Origin: Mobula hypostoma
Taxonomy: Eukaryota
DNA: 64,000 nt
Assembly (NCBI RefSeq): GCF_963921235.1
Contig: NC_086107.1
Span: 93,560,001-93,624,000 of the forward strand
Direction: 5' to 3'
Position numbers and translations under genes: made by a program. Every line of letters begins with the position of its first letter. The stretch's first letter is position 1. Below, one piece after another: positions 13,130 to 26,014 of the stretch. The notes below the pieces were generated by a model. That model did no database searches. It saw only the letters and a list, made by a program, of their open reading frames with translations, and was not told where the DNA came from.

Positions 13130-15545
13130 ACAGTATACGGAGATGAATTTGCAGCACAGTTACAGATTGGCATGTATTATGTTGTGGGCATCACTGAATC
13201 ATGGTTGATAGAAGGTTATAGATGGGAGCTTAATGTCCAAGGATATACATTGTATCAAAAGGACAGGGAGGAAGGCAGAGGGGGTGCCATTGCTCTGTTG
13301 GTAAAAAAAATTAAATCATTAGAAAGAGGTGACATAGGGTCAGAAGGTGTTGAGTATTCCAGATACAGCGAAGGAACTACAATAGTAAAAAGACCCTGAT
13401 GGGAATTATATACAAACCCTCAAACCGTAGTAAGGATGTGCTCTACAAATTACGAACGGGGACAGAAAATGCATGCCAAAAGGGCAATGTTAAAGTAGTC
13501 AAGGGGGATTTCAATATGCAGGTAGATTGGGAAAATTAGGTTGCTGCTGGATTTCAAGAGGGGGAATTTCTAGAATGCTTATGAGGTGGCTTTTTAGAGC
13601 AGCTCGTGGTTGAGCCCACTTACTAGGGGATCAGCTATTCTTGATTGGGTGTTGTGTAATGATCCAGAATTGATTAGCGAGCTTAAAGTAAAAGAACCCT
13701 TAGGGGCGTGCGATCATACTATGACCAAATTCACCCTGAATTTCAAGAAAGAGAAGCTAAAGGCAGATGTATCAGTATTACAGTGGAGTAACAGGAATTA
13801 CAGAGGCATGAGAGAGGAGTTGGCCAGAATTGATTGGAAGAGAACAATGGCTGGAATTTCTGGAAGCAATTTGGAAGGCTTGGGATATATACATCTCAAA
13901 GAGGAATAAGTATTCTGAAGGCCAGATGACAACCGTGGCTAGCAAGAGAAGTCAAAGCCAACATAAGAGTCAAAGCCAACATAAAAGCCAAAGAGAGGCA
14001 AAAAATTAGTGGGAAGTTAGAAGACTGGGAAGCTTTCAAATACCAACAGAAGACAACTAAAAAAGTCATTAAGAAGGTAAAGATGGAATACAAAAGTAAG
14101 CTAACCAATAATACTAAAGAAAATACCTAAAGTATCTTCAGATACATAAACAGTAAAAGGGAGGCAAGAGTGGACATTGGACTGCTGGAAAACGATGCTG
14201 GAAAGGTAGTAATGGGGACAAGGAAATGGCGGACAAACTGAATAAGTATTTTTCACTGTGGAGGACACTAGCAGTACAGTGGAAGCTCCAGGTGTCGGGG
14301 GGGGGGGGGGGTCATGAAGTGTGCAAAGTTACCATTACTAGGGAGAAGGTTCTTGGGAAACTGAAAGGTCTGAAGATAGATAAGTCACCTGGACCAGATA
14401 GATGTACACCACGGGGTTCTGAAAGAGGTGGCTGAAGGGATTGTGGAGGCATTAGTAATGATCTTTCAAGAATCACCAGATTCTGGAATGGTTCAAGAAG
14501 ACTGGAAAATTGCATATGTCACTCCACTCTTCAAGAAGGAAGAAAGGAAACTATAGGCCAGTTAGTCTGACCTTAGTAGTTGCGAAGATGTTGGAGTCAA
14601 TCGTTAGGAATGTGGTTTCAGGGTACTTGGAAGCACATGATAATAGGCCATAGTCAGGACGATTTCCTCAAGGGAAAATCATGCCTGACAAATCTATTGG
14701 AATTTTTTGAAGAAATAACAAGCAGGATAGACAAAGGAGAATCAGTTGATATTGTGAATTTGGGTTTTCAGAAGGCCTTTGACAAGATGCCACACATAAG
14801 GCTGCTTAACAAGCTATGAGCCCATTACATGAATGACTTCAGCATGGATAAAGCAGTGGCTGATTGGCAGGAGGCAGAGTGGGAATAAAGGGAGCTTTTT
14901 CTGGTTGTTTGCCAGTGACTAGTGGCGTTCCACAGGGGTCTCTGTTGGAACCGATTCTTTTTACATTATATGTTAATGATTTGGATGATTGGCCGCACTT
15001 GGAATAGCGTGAGCAGTTTTTGGCCCCTTATCTTAGAAAGGATGTGCAGAAATTGGAGAGGGTTCAAAGGAGGTTCTCAAAAATGATTCCAGGTTTGAAC
15101 GGCTTGTCATGAAGAAAGGTTGACAGCTCTGGGCCTATATTCACTGGAATTCAGAAGAATGAGGAGTGCCTCATTGAAACCTATCAAATGGTGAAATGCT
15201 TTGATGGAGTGGATGTGGAGAGGTTGTTTCCAATGGAGGAAGAGTCTAAGACCAGAGGACACAGTCTCAGAATACAGGGGCATCCTTTTAGAATGGAGAT
15301 GAGGGGGAATTTCTTTAGCCAGACTGGTGAATCTGTGGAATTTGTTACCACAGGCGGCCATGGAGGTGAAGTCTGTATGTACACTTAAGGCAGAAGTTGA
15401 TAGATTCTTGATTGGTCAGGGCATGAAGGGACACAGGGAGAAGGCAGGAGGTTGGGGTTGAGAGGCAAAATGAATCAGCCATGATGAAATGGTGGAACAG
15501 ACTTGATGGACCAAATGGCCTAATTCTGGTCCTATGTCTTGTGGC
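13130..15545 (+). mobile_element. CR1 LINE ORF2 (APE endonuclease to 3' tail), decayed with internal deletion
   Basis: VVGITESWL, AILDWVLCN, KSPGPD and GKSCLTNLLEFFEE motifs. Jump from the RT core to RPHLEY at ~14990. CR1 tail at ~15540. Confidence 0.9.
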
Positions 15546-17142
15546 CTTATCAGGACAGGATAGAGGACAGATACCCTGTATTGGAAAGAGAAGCAAACGC
15601 CTTAGGTCCCACACCACTAAGTTCAAGAATAGTTATTACCCTACAGCCATTAGGCTCTTAGATAACTTCACTCACCTCAACTCTGAATGAATCCCATTAC
15701 CTACAGACTCACTTTTAATGACTCTACAACTCATGAGCCGACAATTCGTATTCTCAGTATTATTTATTTGCACAATTTGTCTCTTTTTGCACACTGGTTG
15801 TTTGTCAGTCTTTATTTACATGTGCTTTTTTCATAAACTCCATTGTATTTCTTTATTTTTGCTGCAAATGTCTGCAAGAAAATGACAATCTCAGAATATA
15901 TGGTAACGATCTTTGACAATTATTTACTTTAAACAAGGTGGGTGAAGGAGCTTAGTCAAAGAAGCTCTTGTTATTTGAGTCCCCTCCTCCCCAAAGGAAG
16001 AGAGGTGAAGATACGAGGAGGTTAGGCTGAGAATTTCACAAATTAGAACACTGACAAGAGATGGCACGGCTGCCTGTGGCGGAGCGATGGAAATCAGGAA
16101 TGTTTAGGGTGTCAAAATTAGTAGATGACAGAGATTTATCCGTAACTATAAAGTGCCTCTAACATGATGAAGCATCTCAAGGTCCTTCACAGTAATATAA
16201 CTCTGATAGTGATAATCAAAAGGAGACTGGCTCCTTCGTGTCATTGGGACATTAATCTGGGAGCTTGAACTAATGATCTGAAAATCAGAGCTCAATCCCA
16301 CCAAAGCATCAGGAAAAATTTCAATGGAGTTAATTAAATTTGGTAAATTAAAGGATCAGGAATGTTTCTATACATAAAGCTTCAATGACCAATTGGGGGA
16401 AGAGAACTGAAATATAATACTGAGCCAGACGGTTATCCATGATCATATTGAATTATGCTTGAAGCTCGAAGGAATACTGGTAGGCCATTTGGCCGTATGT
16501 TTCAATGCTTCCATTACTTCTGGCCTCATCACTTTCCTTAGTACAATGACTCTTAACCTCACCATCTACTTCCTTATGACCTTGCCGCTTTTGTCTACCA
16601 GCACTGCACTTTCTCTGTAGTTGCTACACTTTATTCTGCATTCTGTTACTGTTTTACCTTGTTCTGTCTCAATGCATTGTGTCGTGGTCTGTATGAACAT
16701 TATCCAAGAGTATCACATGCAAAATGTGTATTAAATCAAGCAACATCTATGGAGAGGAATAAGGAGCTGACGTTTTGGGCTTAAAAATCTTTATCAAGAT
16801 TGCAAGGCAAGCTTTTCACTGCATCTCATTACATATGACAATTTACCATGGTTTGTGAAACATTGAAAGAGATGCTGAAAAGCATACTCAAGCAAATACA
16901 TTTTAATTCCTTGCTATTAATCACAATATCATCCATAGAAGCAGCTAGTCAGCCTGACCTGGTGGAGATGCACCCATTTATTTTGCTGAATAGATTCTTG
17001 AAATTTTAACTTAAAACCTGAAATTTGAGGGTAGTGAATCAACAGGACAATAATGAACAAGTCCTACCCTTTCTAATACCCTTTGACTGTCAAATAGGTC
17101 GTATTCTTTTCACCGAACTTAGTTTTCTCTCAAACACTTAAA

Positions 17143-17915
17143 ACATAGAACATAGAATAGTACAGCACAGTACAGGCCCTTTGGCCCACAATGTTGTGCT
17201 GACCTTTAAACCCTGCCTCCCATATAACCCCCCATCTTAAATTCCTCCATATATCTGCCTAGTAGTCTCTTAAACTTCACTAGTGTATCTGCCTCCACCA
17301 CTGACTCAGGCAGTGCATTCCAGACATCAACCACTCTCTGAGTAAAAAAACCTTCCTCTAATATCCCCCTTGAACTTCCCACCCCTTACCTTAAAGCCAT
17401 GTCCTCTTGTATTGAGCAGTGGTGCCCTGGGGAAGAGGCGTAGGCTGTCCACTCTATCTATTCCTCTTAATATCTTGTATACCTCTATTATGTCTCCTCT
17501 CATCTTCTTTCTCTCCAAAGAGTAAAGCCCTAGCTCCCTTAATCTCTGATCATAATCCATACTCTCTGAACCAGGCAGCATCCTGGTAAATCTCCTCTGT
17601 ACCCTTTCCAATGCTTCCACATCCTTCCTATAGTGAGGCGACCAGAAATGGACACAGTACTCTAAGTGTGGCCTAACCAGAGTTTTATAGAGCTGCATCA
17701 TTACCTCACAACTCTTAAACTCTATCCCTCGACTTATGAAAGCTAACACCCCATAAGCTTTCTTAACTACCCTATCTACCTGTGAGGCAACTTTCAGGGA
17801 TCTGTGGACATGTAGCCCCAGATCCCTCTGCTCCTCCACACTACCAAGTATCCTGCCATTTACTTTGTACTCTGCCTTGGAGTTTGTCCTTCCAAAGTGT
17901 ACCACCTCACACTTG
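17143..17915 (-). mobile_element. CR1 LINE 3' part (young)
   Basis: Open frame KCEVVHFG...LYKTLVRPHLEYC...RGDIIEVYK and (catagaa)n tail. Confidence 0.92.
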
Positions 17916-17919
17916 ATCT

Positions 17920-18700
17920 TTTTAGAAGTCTGGGAGGACAAACCAGGGTAGGACTTGCACAGTGAATGGTAGGGTACTGAGGAGCGGGGCACAACAGAGA
18001 AATCTGTGAATACAGATCCATAATTTCTTGAAGGTGGGGTCATAGGTAGATGGGGTTGTAAAGACAGCATTTGGCACATGGTCTTTGTAAGTCAGAATAC
18101 TGCATACAGGAGCTGGGGTGTAATGCTGGAAGTTGTATAAGACATTGGTGAGGCCTAATTGGAGTATTGTGTACAGGACAATTCATACCTACAAGAAAGA
18201 AATCAATAAGATTGAAAGAGTACAGAGAAAATTTACAAGGATGTTGCCAGGACTTGAGGATCTGAGTTATTGGGAAAGGTTGAATAGATTAGGATTTTAT
18301 TTCCCCGTAGCATCGGAGAATGAGGGGAGATTTGATAGAGGTATACATAATTATGAGGGATATAGATAGGATAAACACAAGTAGGCTTTTTTCCACTGAG
18401 GTTGGGTGAGACTCGAGCTAGCCGTCATAGGTTAAGGGTGAAATGTGAAATATTTACGAGGAACCTCGGCGGGGGGGAATTCCTTATTCAGAGTGTGGTA
18501 CAGATGTGGAACATGCTGCCAGTGGAAGTGGTGGAAGCAGGTTCAATTTCAATATTTAAGAGAAGCTTTGATGAGTACATGCACAGGAAGGGTATGGAGG
18601 GCTATGGTCCCTGAGTGGATCGACTGGAATAGGCAGGATAACAGAGACTAGATGAGTTGAAGGGCCTGTTTCTGTACTGTAGTGCTCTGTGACTCTAAAC
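17920..18700 (+). mobile_element. CR1 LINE 3' part (older)
   Basis: YKTLVRPN, ERVQRKFTRMLPGL motifs and tail at ~18690. Confidence 0.8.
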
Positions 18701-20208
18701 TTCAGAAGTATTTTCTTGTACCACACAAGCACCAACTTCTAAGTTCTCTTCGCATCATCACACCTTTGTCTTCTGGAAACCACCTGCTGTACTCTACATG
18801 CTGGGCATATAAAATAAATATATTATGTAATGAAAGGAGTTAGCACATCAGGTAACGCATCTGGAAAGGAAAAATAGGGTCCACGATCAAAATAAAACAA
18901 ATTGGGAGTATTTTCAAAGTTCAAAGTATATACATATCTCCATATGTTACCCTGAGATTTGCTAGCATTCACAGTAGAAAAAAAGAAATGCAATAAAATC
19001 AATTAAAAAACTGCACACAAAGATAAATAAATCTGCAGGGAAAAACTCTTAACAGAATGTGGAATAAAGTGTTGCAGTTACAAAGTACTGTGCCGGTAGG
19101 TAATAAGGTACAAGGTTATAAATTGATCGATTGTGAGTTCAAGATTCTGTCTTGTCATATTAGGAGACTGATCAATATTGCAACAACAGGCAGAACTGCA
19201 TCCTGAGGAAAAATGAAAACTGAAGGATTTGGAATGTGGGAGAGTTCCTTCATCTTTTCAGCTGCTTCCTCTCGGTTTTCACTATCAGCCATGCAAGTCT
19301 TGGGTGAAGATTCAGGAATACCGTTGCACACAGATGTTGAAGGATCCTTCATTGCTATTTCTGCAACAATTTTGTTTGACCAGTCAGGGTTGTTAGGTGC
19401 GGGGGAGTAAAATTAGGATGGAGATGAGGAGGAACTGCTTTTCCCAAAGAGTGGTGTATCTATGGAAGTCTCTGCCCAATGAAGCAGTAGAGGCTACCTC
19501 AGTAAATATATTTAAGACAAGTTTGGATAGATGTTTGCATAGTAGGGGAATTAAGGGTTATGGGGAAAAGGCAGGTTGGTGGAGATGAGTCCATGGTCAG
19601 ATCAGCCATGATCTTATTGAATGGTGGAGCAGGCTCGACGGGCCGGATGACTTACCCTACTCCTATTTCTTAAGTTTTTATATTTATCCCTAAGCTAATT
19701 CCCCAAACCTGGAGGATCAGTGATCCAGGTCTCTACCCTTTGACCTGTTTGGCATAGGTGACCTGACTAAGAGCCAAAGCATAAAGCCCTAACTCCAACC
19801 AGCATAGCCCTCCGGGTCATCGAGGCACACCAAACTCCAAATTGAGGTTCTTGTCCACTTGGAGGATGAGGGGTATAGATAGGATATACTCAAGTAGACC
19901 TTTTCCCCCACTGAGGTTGGATGCGACCATATGGAACCCTGAGAATCGCAGGCATTCACAGTAGAACAAAGAAATACAGTAATATCGGTTAAGAACTACA
20001 CAAAAAGACTGACAAACAACCAATGCGTAAAGTAAGACAAACTGTGCAAATACAGAAAAAATAATAAAGAAAGAATTAGACAAATAATACTGAGAACATG
20101 AGTGGTGGAGTCCTTGAAAGTGAGTCCATAGGTTGTGGAATCAGTGAATGATGTTATCCACACTGGTTCAGGAGCCCGATGGTTGAAGGGTAATAACAGT
20201 TCCTGAAC

Positions 20209-20337
20209 AACAGGAATTCTGCAGATGCTGGAAATTCAAGCAACACACGTCAAAGTTGCTGGTGAATGCAGCAGGCCAGGCAGCATCTCTAGGAAGAGGT
20301 ACAGTCGACGTTTCAGGCCGAGACCCTTCGTCAGGAC
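20209..20337 (-). mobile_element. 129-bp Penelope-type element with intact hammerhead motif; 15-bp TSD
   Basis: TSD taacagttcctgaac at 20194-20208 and 20338-20352. Inserted into a Rex1-type 3' end. Confidence 0.8.
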
Positions 20338-20338
20338 T
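20303..20338 (-). ncRNA. Minimal type-I hammerhead ribozyme motif
   Basis: Minus strand reads AGUC-CUGACGA-A-GGGU(CUCG)GCCU-GAAA-CG-UC-GACU: stem I AGUC/GACU, conserved core, stem II, palindromic ACGU stem III. Confidence 0.65.
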
Positions 20339-22791
20339 AACAGTTCCTGAACCCGGTAGTGTGGAACCTAAGGTTCCTGTAGCTTCTGCCCGATGGTGGT
20401 AGTGAGAAGAGAGCATGGCCTTGCAAAAACACATAGGTAGAAGTCAAACAAGATGTAAAAAGTTGTATGGGAACGTGCAACAAGCCCTCTTCCAATTATA
20501 AACAAAAATGATGTAAATACTCAGTAAGTCAGGCATTACTTCTGGAGAGAGAGTGAAAATGGGGATTAATGTTTGAAACTAATGATCTTTCATCATAGCT
20601 AGGAATCTGCAGATGAAATAGAAACATAGAAAAACCTACAGCAAGATACCGGCTCTTTGGCCCACAATGCTGTGCCGAACATGTTACAGAGAAATGGGGA
20701 GTGGTGGTGAGTTGTGTGTTTAATCAAAATGCACTAAAAAAAACTCAATAATTTGCAACAGAAAATGCTGGAAATGTTTAGCAAGTTATAGAGCACCTCT
20801 GGAGAAAAAAAATAATGTTTTACATGAATGGAATGCTCTCTTGTCAGGACTAATAAAACTTAGTAATCAAATATGTTGAACGCTTAAGCACAAGGGGGAA
20901 GGCGGGGCTGACAACAAAAAAACTGTGGCAGCACGATAAATTGGTTTACTATTGTGGCATATACCTAGGTACAGAGAACAACTTTGTTTAGCATTCCATC
21001 TACGCAGCGCATTGTGGTAGTCCAATGAGGTTCAGTAGAGTAGCGGCTAGCATAATGCGATTACAGCGCCAGCGATCTGCGTTCAGTTCCACCACTGTCT
21101 GTAAGGAGTTTGTACCTTCTCCCTATGACCATGTAGATTTCCCCTGGGTGCTCCAGTTTCCTCCCACATTCCAAAGACATACGGTTTAGAAGGTTAATTT
21201 TTTTTCACATGGGTGTACTGGGGTGATGTGGGCTCGTTGGGCCCATAAGCCAAGGTGTATGGACAGGAATGAAATGGAGGGTTATGGGCTGAGTGCAGGT
21301 AGATGGGACTAGGTGAGAGTAAGCGTTCGGCACGGACTAGAAGGGCCGAGATGTCCTGTTTCCACGCTGAAATTGTTATATGGTTTTATATGGCTATAAC
21401 GTTGCTGTATCTCTAAATAAATCTACAAGGGAAAACTATAACAGAATGCAGAATAAAGTGTTATAGTTACAAAATAAGTGCAGTTCTGCTAAGTAATAAT
21501 GTGCAAGGTTATAAAGAGATCGATTGTGAGTTCAAGATTCTATCTTGTCTTACTAGGAGACTGTTCAATATTTCATCAATAGTCAGAACACATTCTGCAT
21601 CTAAATCATTTTGTGTTTTATCTAGAAGGACTTGATGGGGATAAAGATGCTTTATTCTCTAAAGGAGCCTGAAGACACATCTACTTAACTGTGAATAATT
21701 TGTTATGATAGCTTCGTTTTCCTGTATTATTTATTTTATTCAGAGATACAGAGAGAACAGCGCCTTCCAGCCTACTGAGCCACACTGCCCAGCAACCTGG
21801 ATTTCTGGACAGGGAAATTTATCTTGTATCTAATCCATACTGTTCCTGTTCTGGGCATGTTTGAAGATAGGTCTGGTCTTCCCTCTGTCTTTAATCTCTG
21901 ATATATTTCATGGTATAGTGCAGCGATACCATCATGGGGACTAGCTTCGCCAGTGTCGATGACACCTTCAAAAGGCAATGTCTTTAAAAAGTGGCGTCCA
22001 TCATTAAGGACCCCCATCACTCAGGATATGCCCTCTTCTCATTGTTACCATCAAGGAGGAGGTAGAGGAAGGAGCCTGAAGGCACTCACTGATTCGGAAC
22101 AGCCTTTTCCCCCTCTGCCATTAGATTTCTGAACTATTTATTTTCTGAACTGGTATATTTTCTTCTTGCACTGTACTGTTGCTGCAAGACAACAAGATTC
22201 ACGACACACGTCAATGATATTGAACCAGATGCTAATTCTGACTTCATATATGCCGGGTTTCTAAGGGGGCCTTTGGGAGAGAGACAGAAATGGTGCTCTG
22301 TCCAGTTTCTGTGACCCCGCCAGGAACAAGAAGTGCACATCTCTTAAGGATTTCTCTCTGTATCCTGGGAAAAATGGAAACTGAAGGATTTGGAATGTGT
22401 GTGTGAGGGGTTGGGCGGGGGGGAATTAATCTATCCAGTGGCCTTTTCCTTCCAGCAACCTGGCAACTGATTGCTTCATTTTGTAAGGAGAAGGGACAGG
22501 GTGATTCAGGCTAATGCCAGCTCAATACATCAGCAATGGAATATAGGCGATTGAGAAAACGGAAGCCATTCTAAATATAAATGCTGCAATTCCTCAGACA
22601 GTTTGGCATGCGTCACACGCTTGAGAGGTTGACAGCCATCAGAGCCTGCTAACACAGGCAGTGGGGGTCATCGCAGAGCAGAATAAAATATAGACCAATT
22701 GACGCTTTGATAAAATATAGGCTGTAATAAACTTGTAAAATGAGAAAAGACTTTAGATCAGATAATGTGGATGACAGCTAGTCTCATCGGA

Positions 22792-23680
22792 CACTCAGTG
22801 GCCACCTTATTAGGTACTTCCCTCTGCTAGACTGTAGGTCACCCTTGGGCAAGGTGTAGCACCTGCTTAGCGCCCCCACCCCATCAGGAACACATAAAGC
22901 CATGTGAGCAGGTAGTAGATATGAGGAGCCCGTGCATATCACAAGTCCTGGTTACGCGACCACTGACGCCAGGCGGACAATCTCTGGAGAGTATTGACAA
23001 TGGCCGGGGTCACCTGTCTTGTAAAGCCACTGCCCAGAAGAAGGCAATGGCAAACCACTTCTGTCGAGAACTTTGCCAAGAACAATCATGGTCATGAGAC
23101 GATGATCGTCCACGGCATACGATATGGCACAGAATGAAGATGATGACAGACATAATAAAGTGGCCACTGGGTGTGTGTTTGTGGTCTTCTGCTGCTGTAG
23201 CCCATCCACTTCAAGGTTCAGCGTGGTGTGCATTCAGAGAAGCTCTTCTGCACGCCACTGTTGTAACATGTGGTTATTTGAGTACTGTCACCTTCCTGTC
23301 AGCTTGAACCAATCTGGCCATTCCCCTCTGATCTCTCTCATTAACAAGGCGTTTTCACCCACAGTACTGCCTCTCACTAGATTTTTTTTGTTTGTTTTTT
23401 ACACCATTCCCTGTAAACCCCAGAGACGGTTGTGCATGAAAATCCCAGGAGATCAGCAGATTCTGAGATACTCATACTACCCTGTCTGGCACCAACAATC
23501 ATTCCACAGTCAAAGTCACTTAGATCACATTTCTTCCCCATTCTGATGTTTGGTCTGAACTACAACTGAACCTTTTGACAATGTCTGCATGCTTTTATGC
23601 ATTGAGTTGCTGCCACACAATTGGTTGGTTAGATACTTACATTCACGGGCAGGGGTACCTAATAAAGTGGTCACTGAGTG
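22792..23680 (-). mobile_element. Tc1-derived MITE with transposase N-terminal remnant and nested insertion
   Basis: TIRs cactcagtggccac(c/t)ttattaggtac at 22792 and 23655-23680, with a third TIR copy at 23153-23172. Minus frame from 23541 reads MGKKCDLSDFDCGMIVGARQG...ADLLGFSCTTVSGVYREW (Tc1 HTH). Confidence 0.85.
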
Positions 23681-23734
23681 CATATCTGCTGGTTAGCAGT
23701 TCAATGCCAATTTGACTAATTGAATCAATGCTAT

Positions 23735-24020
23735 ACACTTCCAGTGCAGGACTGAGGGTGTGTTTGGGTGCTAGAAGTGTCAGACTAAACATGAGATTAT
23801 ATCGACTTCTTGTTTGGACCTTTAAGTAAGACTAAGCAAATGTGCCACAGTGTCCCCAGCAAAATATCGCCCAGACAGTATTCACTCCTCAACTTTTCTA
23901 ACATAAAATATCTACCGTTGTCATTTTTGGAATGATATAAAGAAAAGATTAGCTGTTATGATTCCCCACACAACTTCAATGACAATACTTCAATTCATTG
24001 GCCATGAACTTCTACAAATA
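23735..24020 (+). mobile_element. Ancient Deu-domain SINE (SacSINE1/AmnSINE-like) relic
   Basis: agtgcaggactgagggtgtg...gtgtccccagcaaaatat...acaatacttcaattcattggc resembles the Deu-SINE body. Confidence 0.45.
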
Positions 24021-24329
24021 TGTAAAAGATTCTTTCTTTATAAATTAGAATATTACAACCCAGTACAACGTTCTGCCAAACTTTTAAACTACTCTAAGAT
24101 CAATCCAACCCTTCTCTCCCACCTAGCTCTTCATTTTCTTTCATCCATGTGTCTCATTAAGAGTAGGCTGTTAGGTGGAGGGGGACAGGTTAAACTTAAA
24201 ATGTGTCTGAGAGAGCAACATGTCGTAAGTGAGTGGTATCAAACATAGTTTTACACCAAGTTTTAGAAATTAAAACGTTTTTGAGCTTAAAAGAGACTTT
24301 CAGGATGACTGTATCAGGAGAATATTGCA

Positions 24330-24670
24330 ATGCTTCTAAAGTGCAGAAATGCTGTTCTGATCACTTTCTTTCTGAGGAATTTAAAGTTCAAATCTGAATC
24401 ACGGATAACACTCAGGCTAGTTCTGATTTTTCACAGGGAGCCAAGTTCCCAAGTTGATTGAGTTTATCTCTTTTGGCTTTGGGACCAACCAAGATTATTT
24501 CAGTCTTATCTTCATTTAGTTTCAAGAAATGATTGCTCATCCATTTGTTTGTTGTAGCCATACCAGAAGTCAGAGAAGATAGTGTCTTATCATCATCAAC
24601 CGAGATATACAATTGTGCATCATCTGCATAACTGGGGAAATTATTCTTCGCATTATTTTAATATCAGGAA
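24330..24670 (-). mobile_element. L2-clade LINE RT fragment
   Basis: YADDAQLYIS...WMSNHFLKLNEDKTEIILVGP on minus strand. Confidence 0.75.
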
Positions 24671-26014
24671 TAATCAGAAACACTTTTCTGATTACAATTC
24701 AGCAGTAGCAAAAATAAAAGGGAAAAGATAAAACAAAACAGATAAAGAAATATTTGCTTTTCACAACTGATGCACCAAGCTGGGATTTCACATTGTGTTC
24801 TTTGCTTTGACAGTGATGATCCACCTCCCTTCTTCTTTGCTCGTCCTGCATTTACATTGTCCTGGGATGTTGTCTGCGATTGGGAAGTTTAGAAACAGAG
24901 GGCTTAGCCTCTGAATACAAAGAATTTCCTTTTGAACGGAGATAAGGAGGAATGCCTTTAGCCAGAGGATGGTGAATCTGTAGAAGTCATTGCCTCAGAC
25001 TGCTATGGAGACAAGTCATTGGGTATATTTAAAGAGGAGGTTGATAGGTTCTTGTTTTGTAAGAATGTCAATGGTTACGGAGAGAAGGCAGGAAAATGAA
25101 GTTGAGAGGGATAATAAATCAGCCATAATGAACTAGCAGAGCAGACTCCATGGAGCAAATAGCCTAATTCTGCTCCTAGGTCTTCAGGTCTCTATTTCCT
25201 GCCCTCCAATGGTATTCCTACAGCTCCAATCCGAAGATGTAAGAGAATGACAGAGAGATCAGAAAAGGATGGGAAGATAGAATGGAAAACGTATGAGCAT
25301 CCCTCAACAGTTTCCAGTGCTACAGGGAGGCAGATGGTCTTGTTTAACCATCTTTAAGCATGTGCAATGAACAAGGAAGTCCTGGGTATATCTCAAACCT
25401 AAGTGTTGACAGCAAATCATAAACACAAGAGATTCTGCAGATGCTGGAAATCCAGAGCAACGCACACTGTACAAAATGATGAAGGAACTTAGCAGATCAG
25501 GCAGCATCTATGGAGAGTTTTGTGCTGTCTGTGGCAATGAATTCCATGGATTCACCACACTCTGGCTAAAGGAAATCCTCCTCATCTCTGTTCTCAAGGG
25601 ATGTCCTATTATTCTCAAGCTGTGCCCTCTGGTTCCAGACTCAAATTTCCAAAGCTCCCCACAGCCAACAGCAGACCAAGTTGTCAAACCCTGTGAGGTG
25701 AAAGAAAAGACAATGTTATTTTACCGTTATAGTATTTGTATGGGGTTAGTCGGTGAGGAAGGTGGGTGAAGAATTTCACCAGGTTAATGATGGAAAGAAA
25801 TGCTGATTTCCCTTCAACATGCTTATGACATAGAACAGCCTATTACATCTCCACTGCTTGGGGTAGCACTGCGCCTCACAGCTCTGGATGCCAGGGCCCA
25901 ATTCCAACTTCCATTGTTGTCTGTATGTAGTTTGCCAATTCTCTCTATGACCGGGTAAGGCTTCTCCACGGTGGTCTGGTTTCCTCCTACATCCTATATT
26001 TAAATATATAAATT

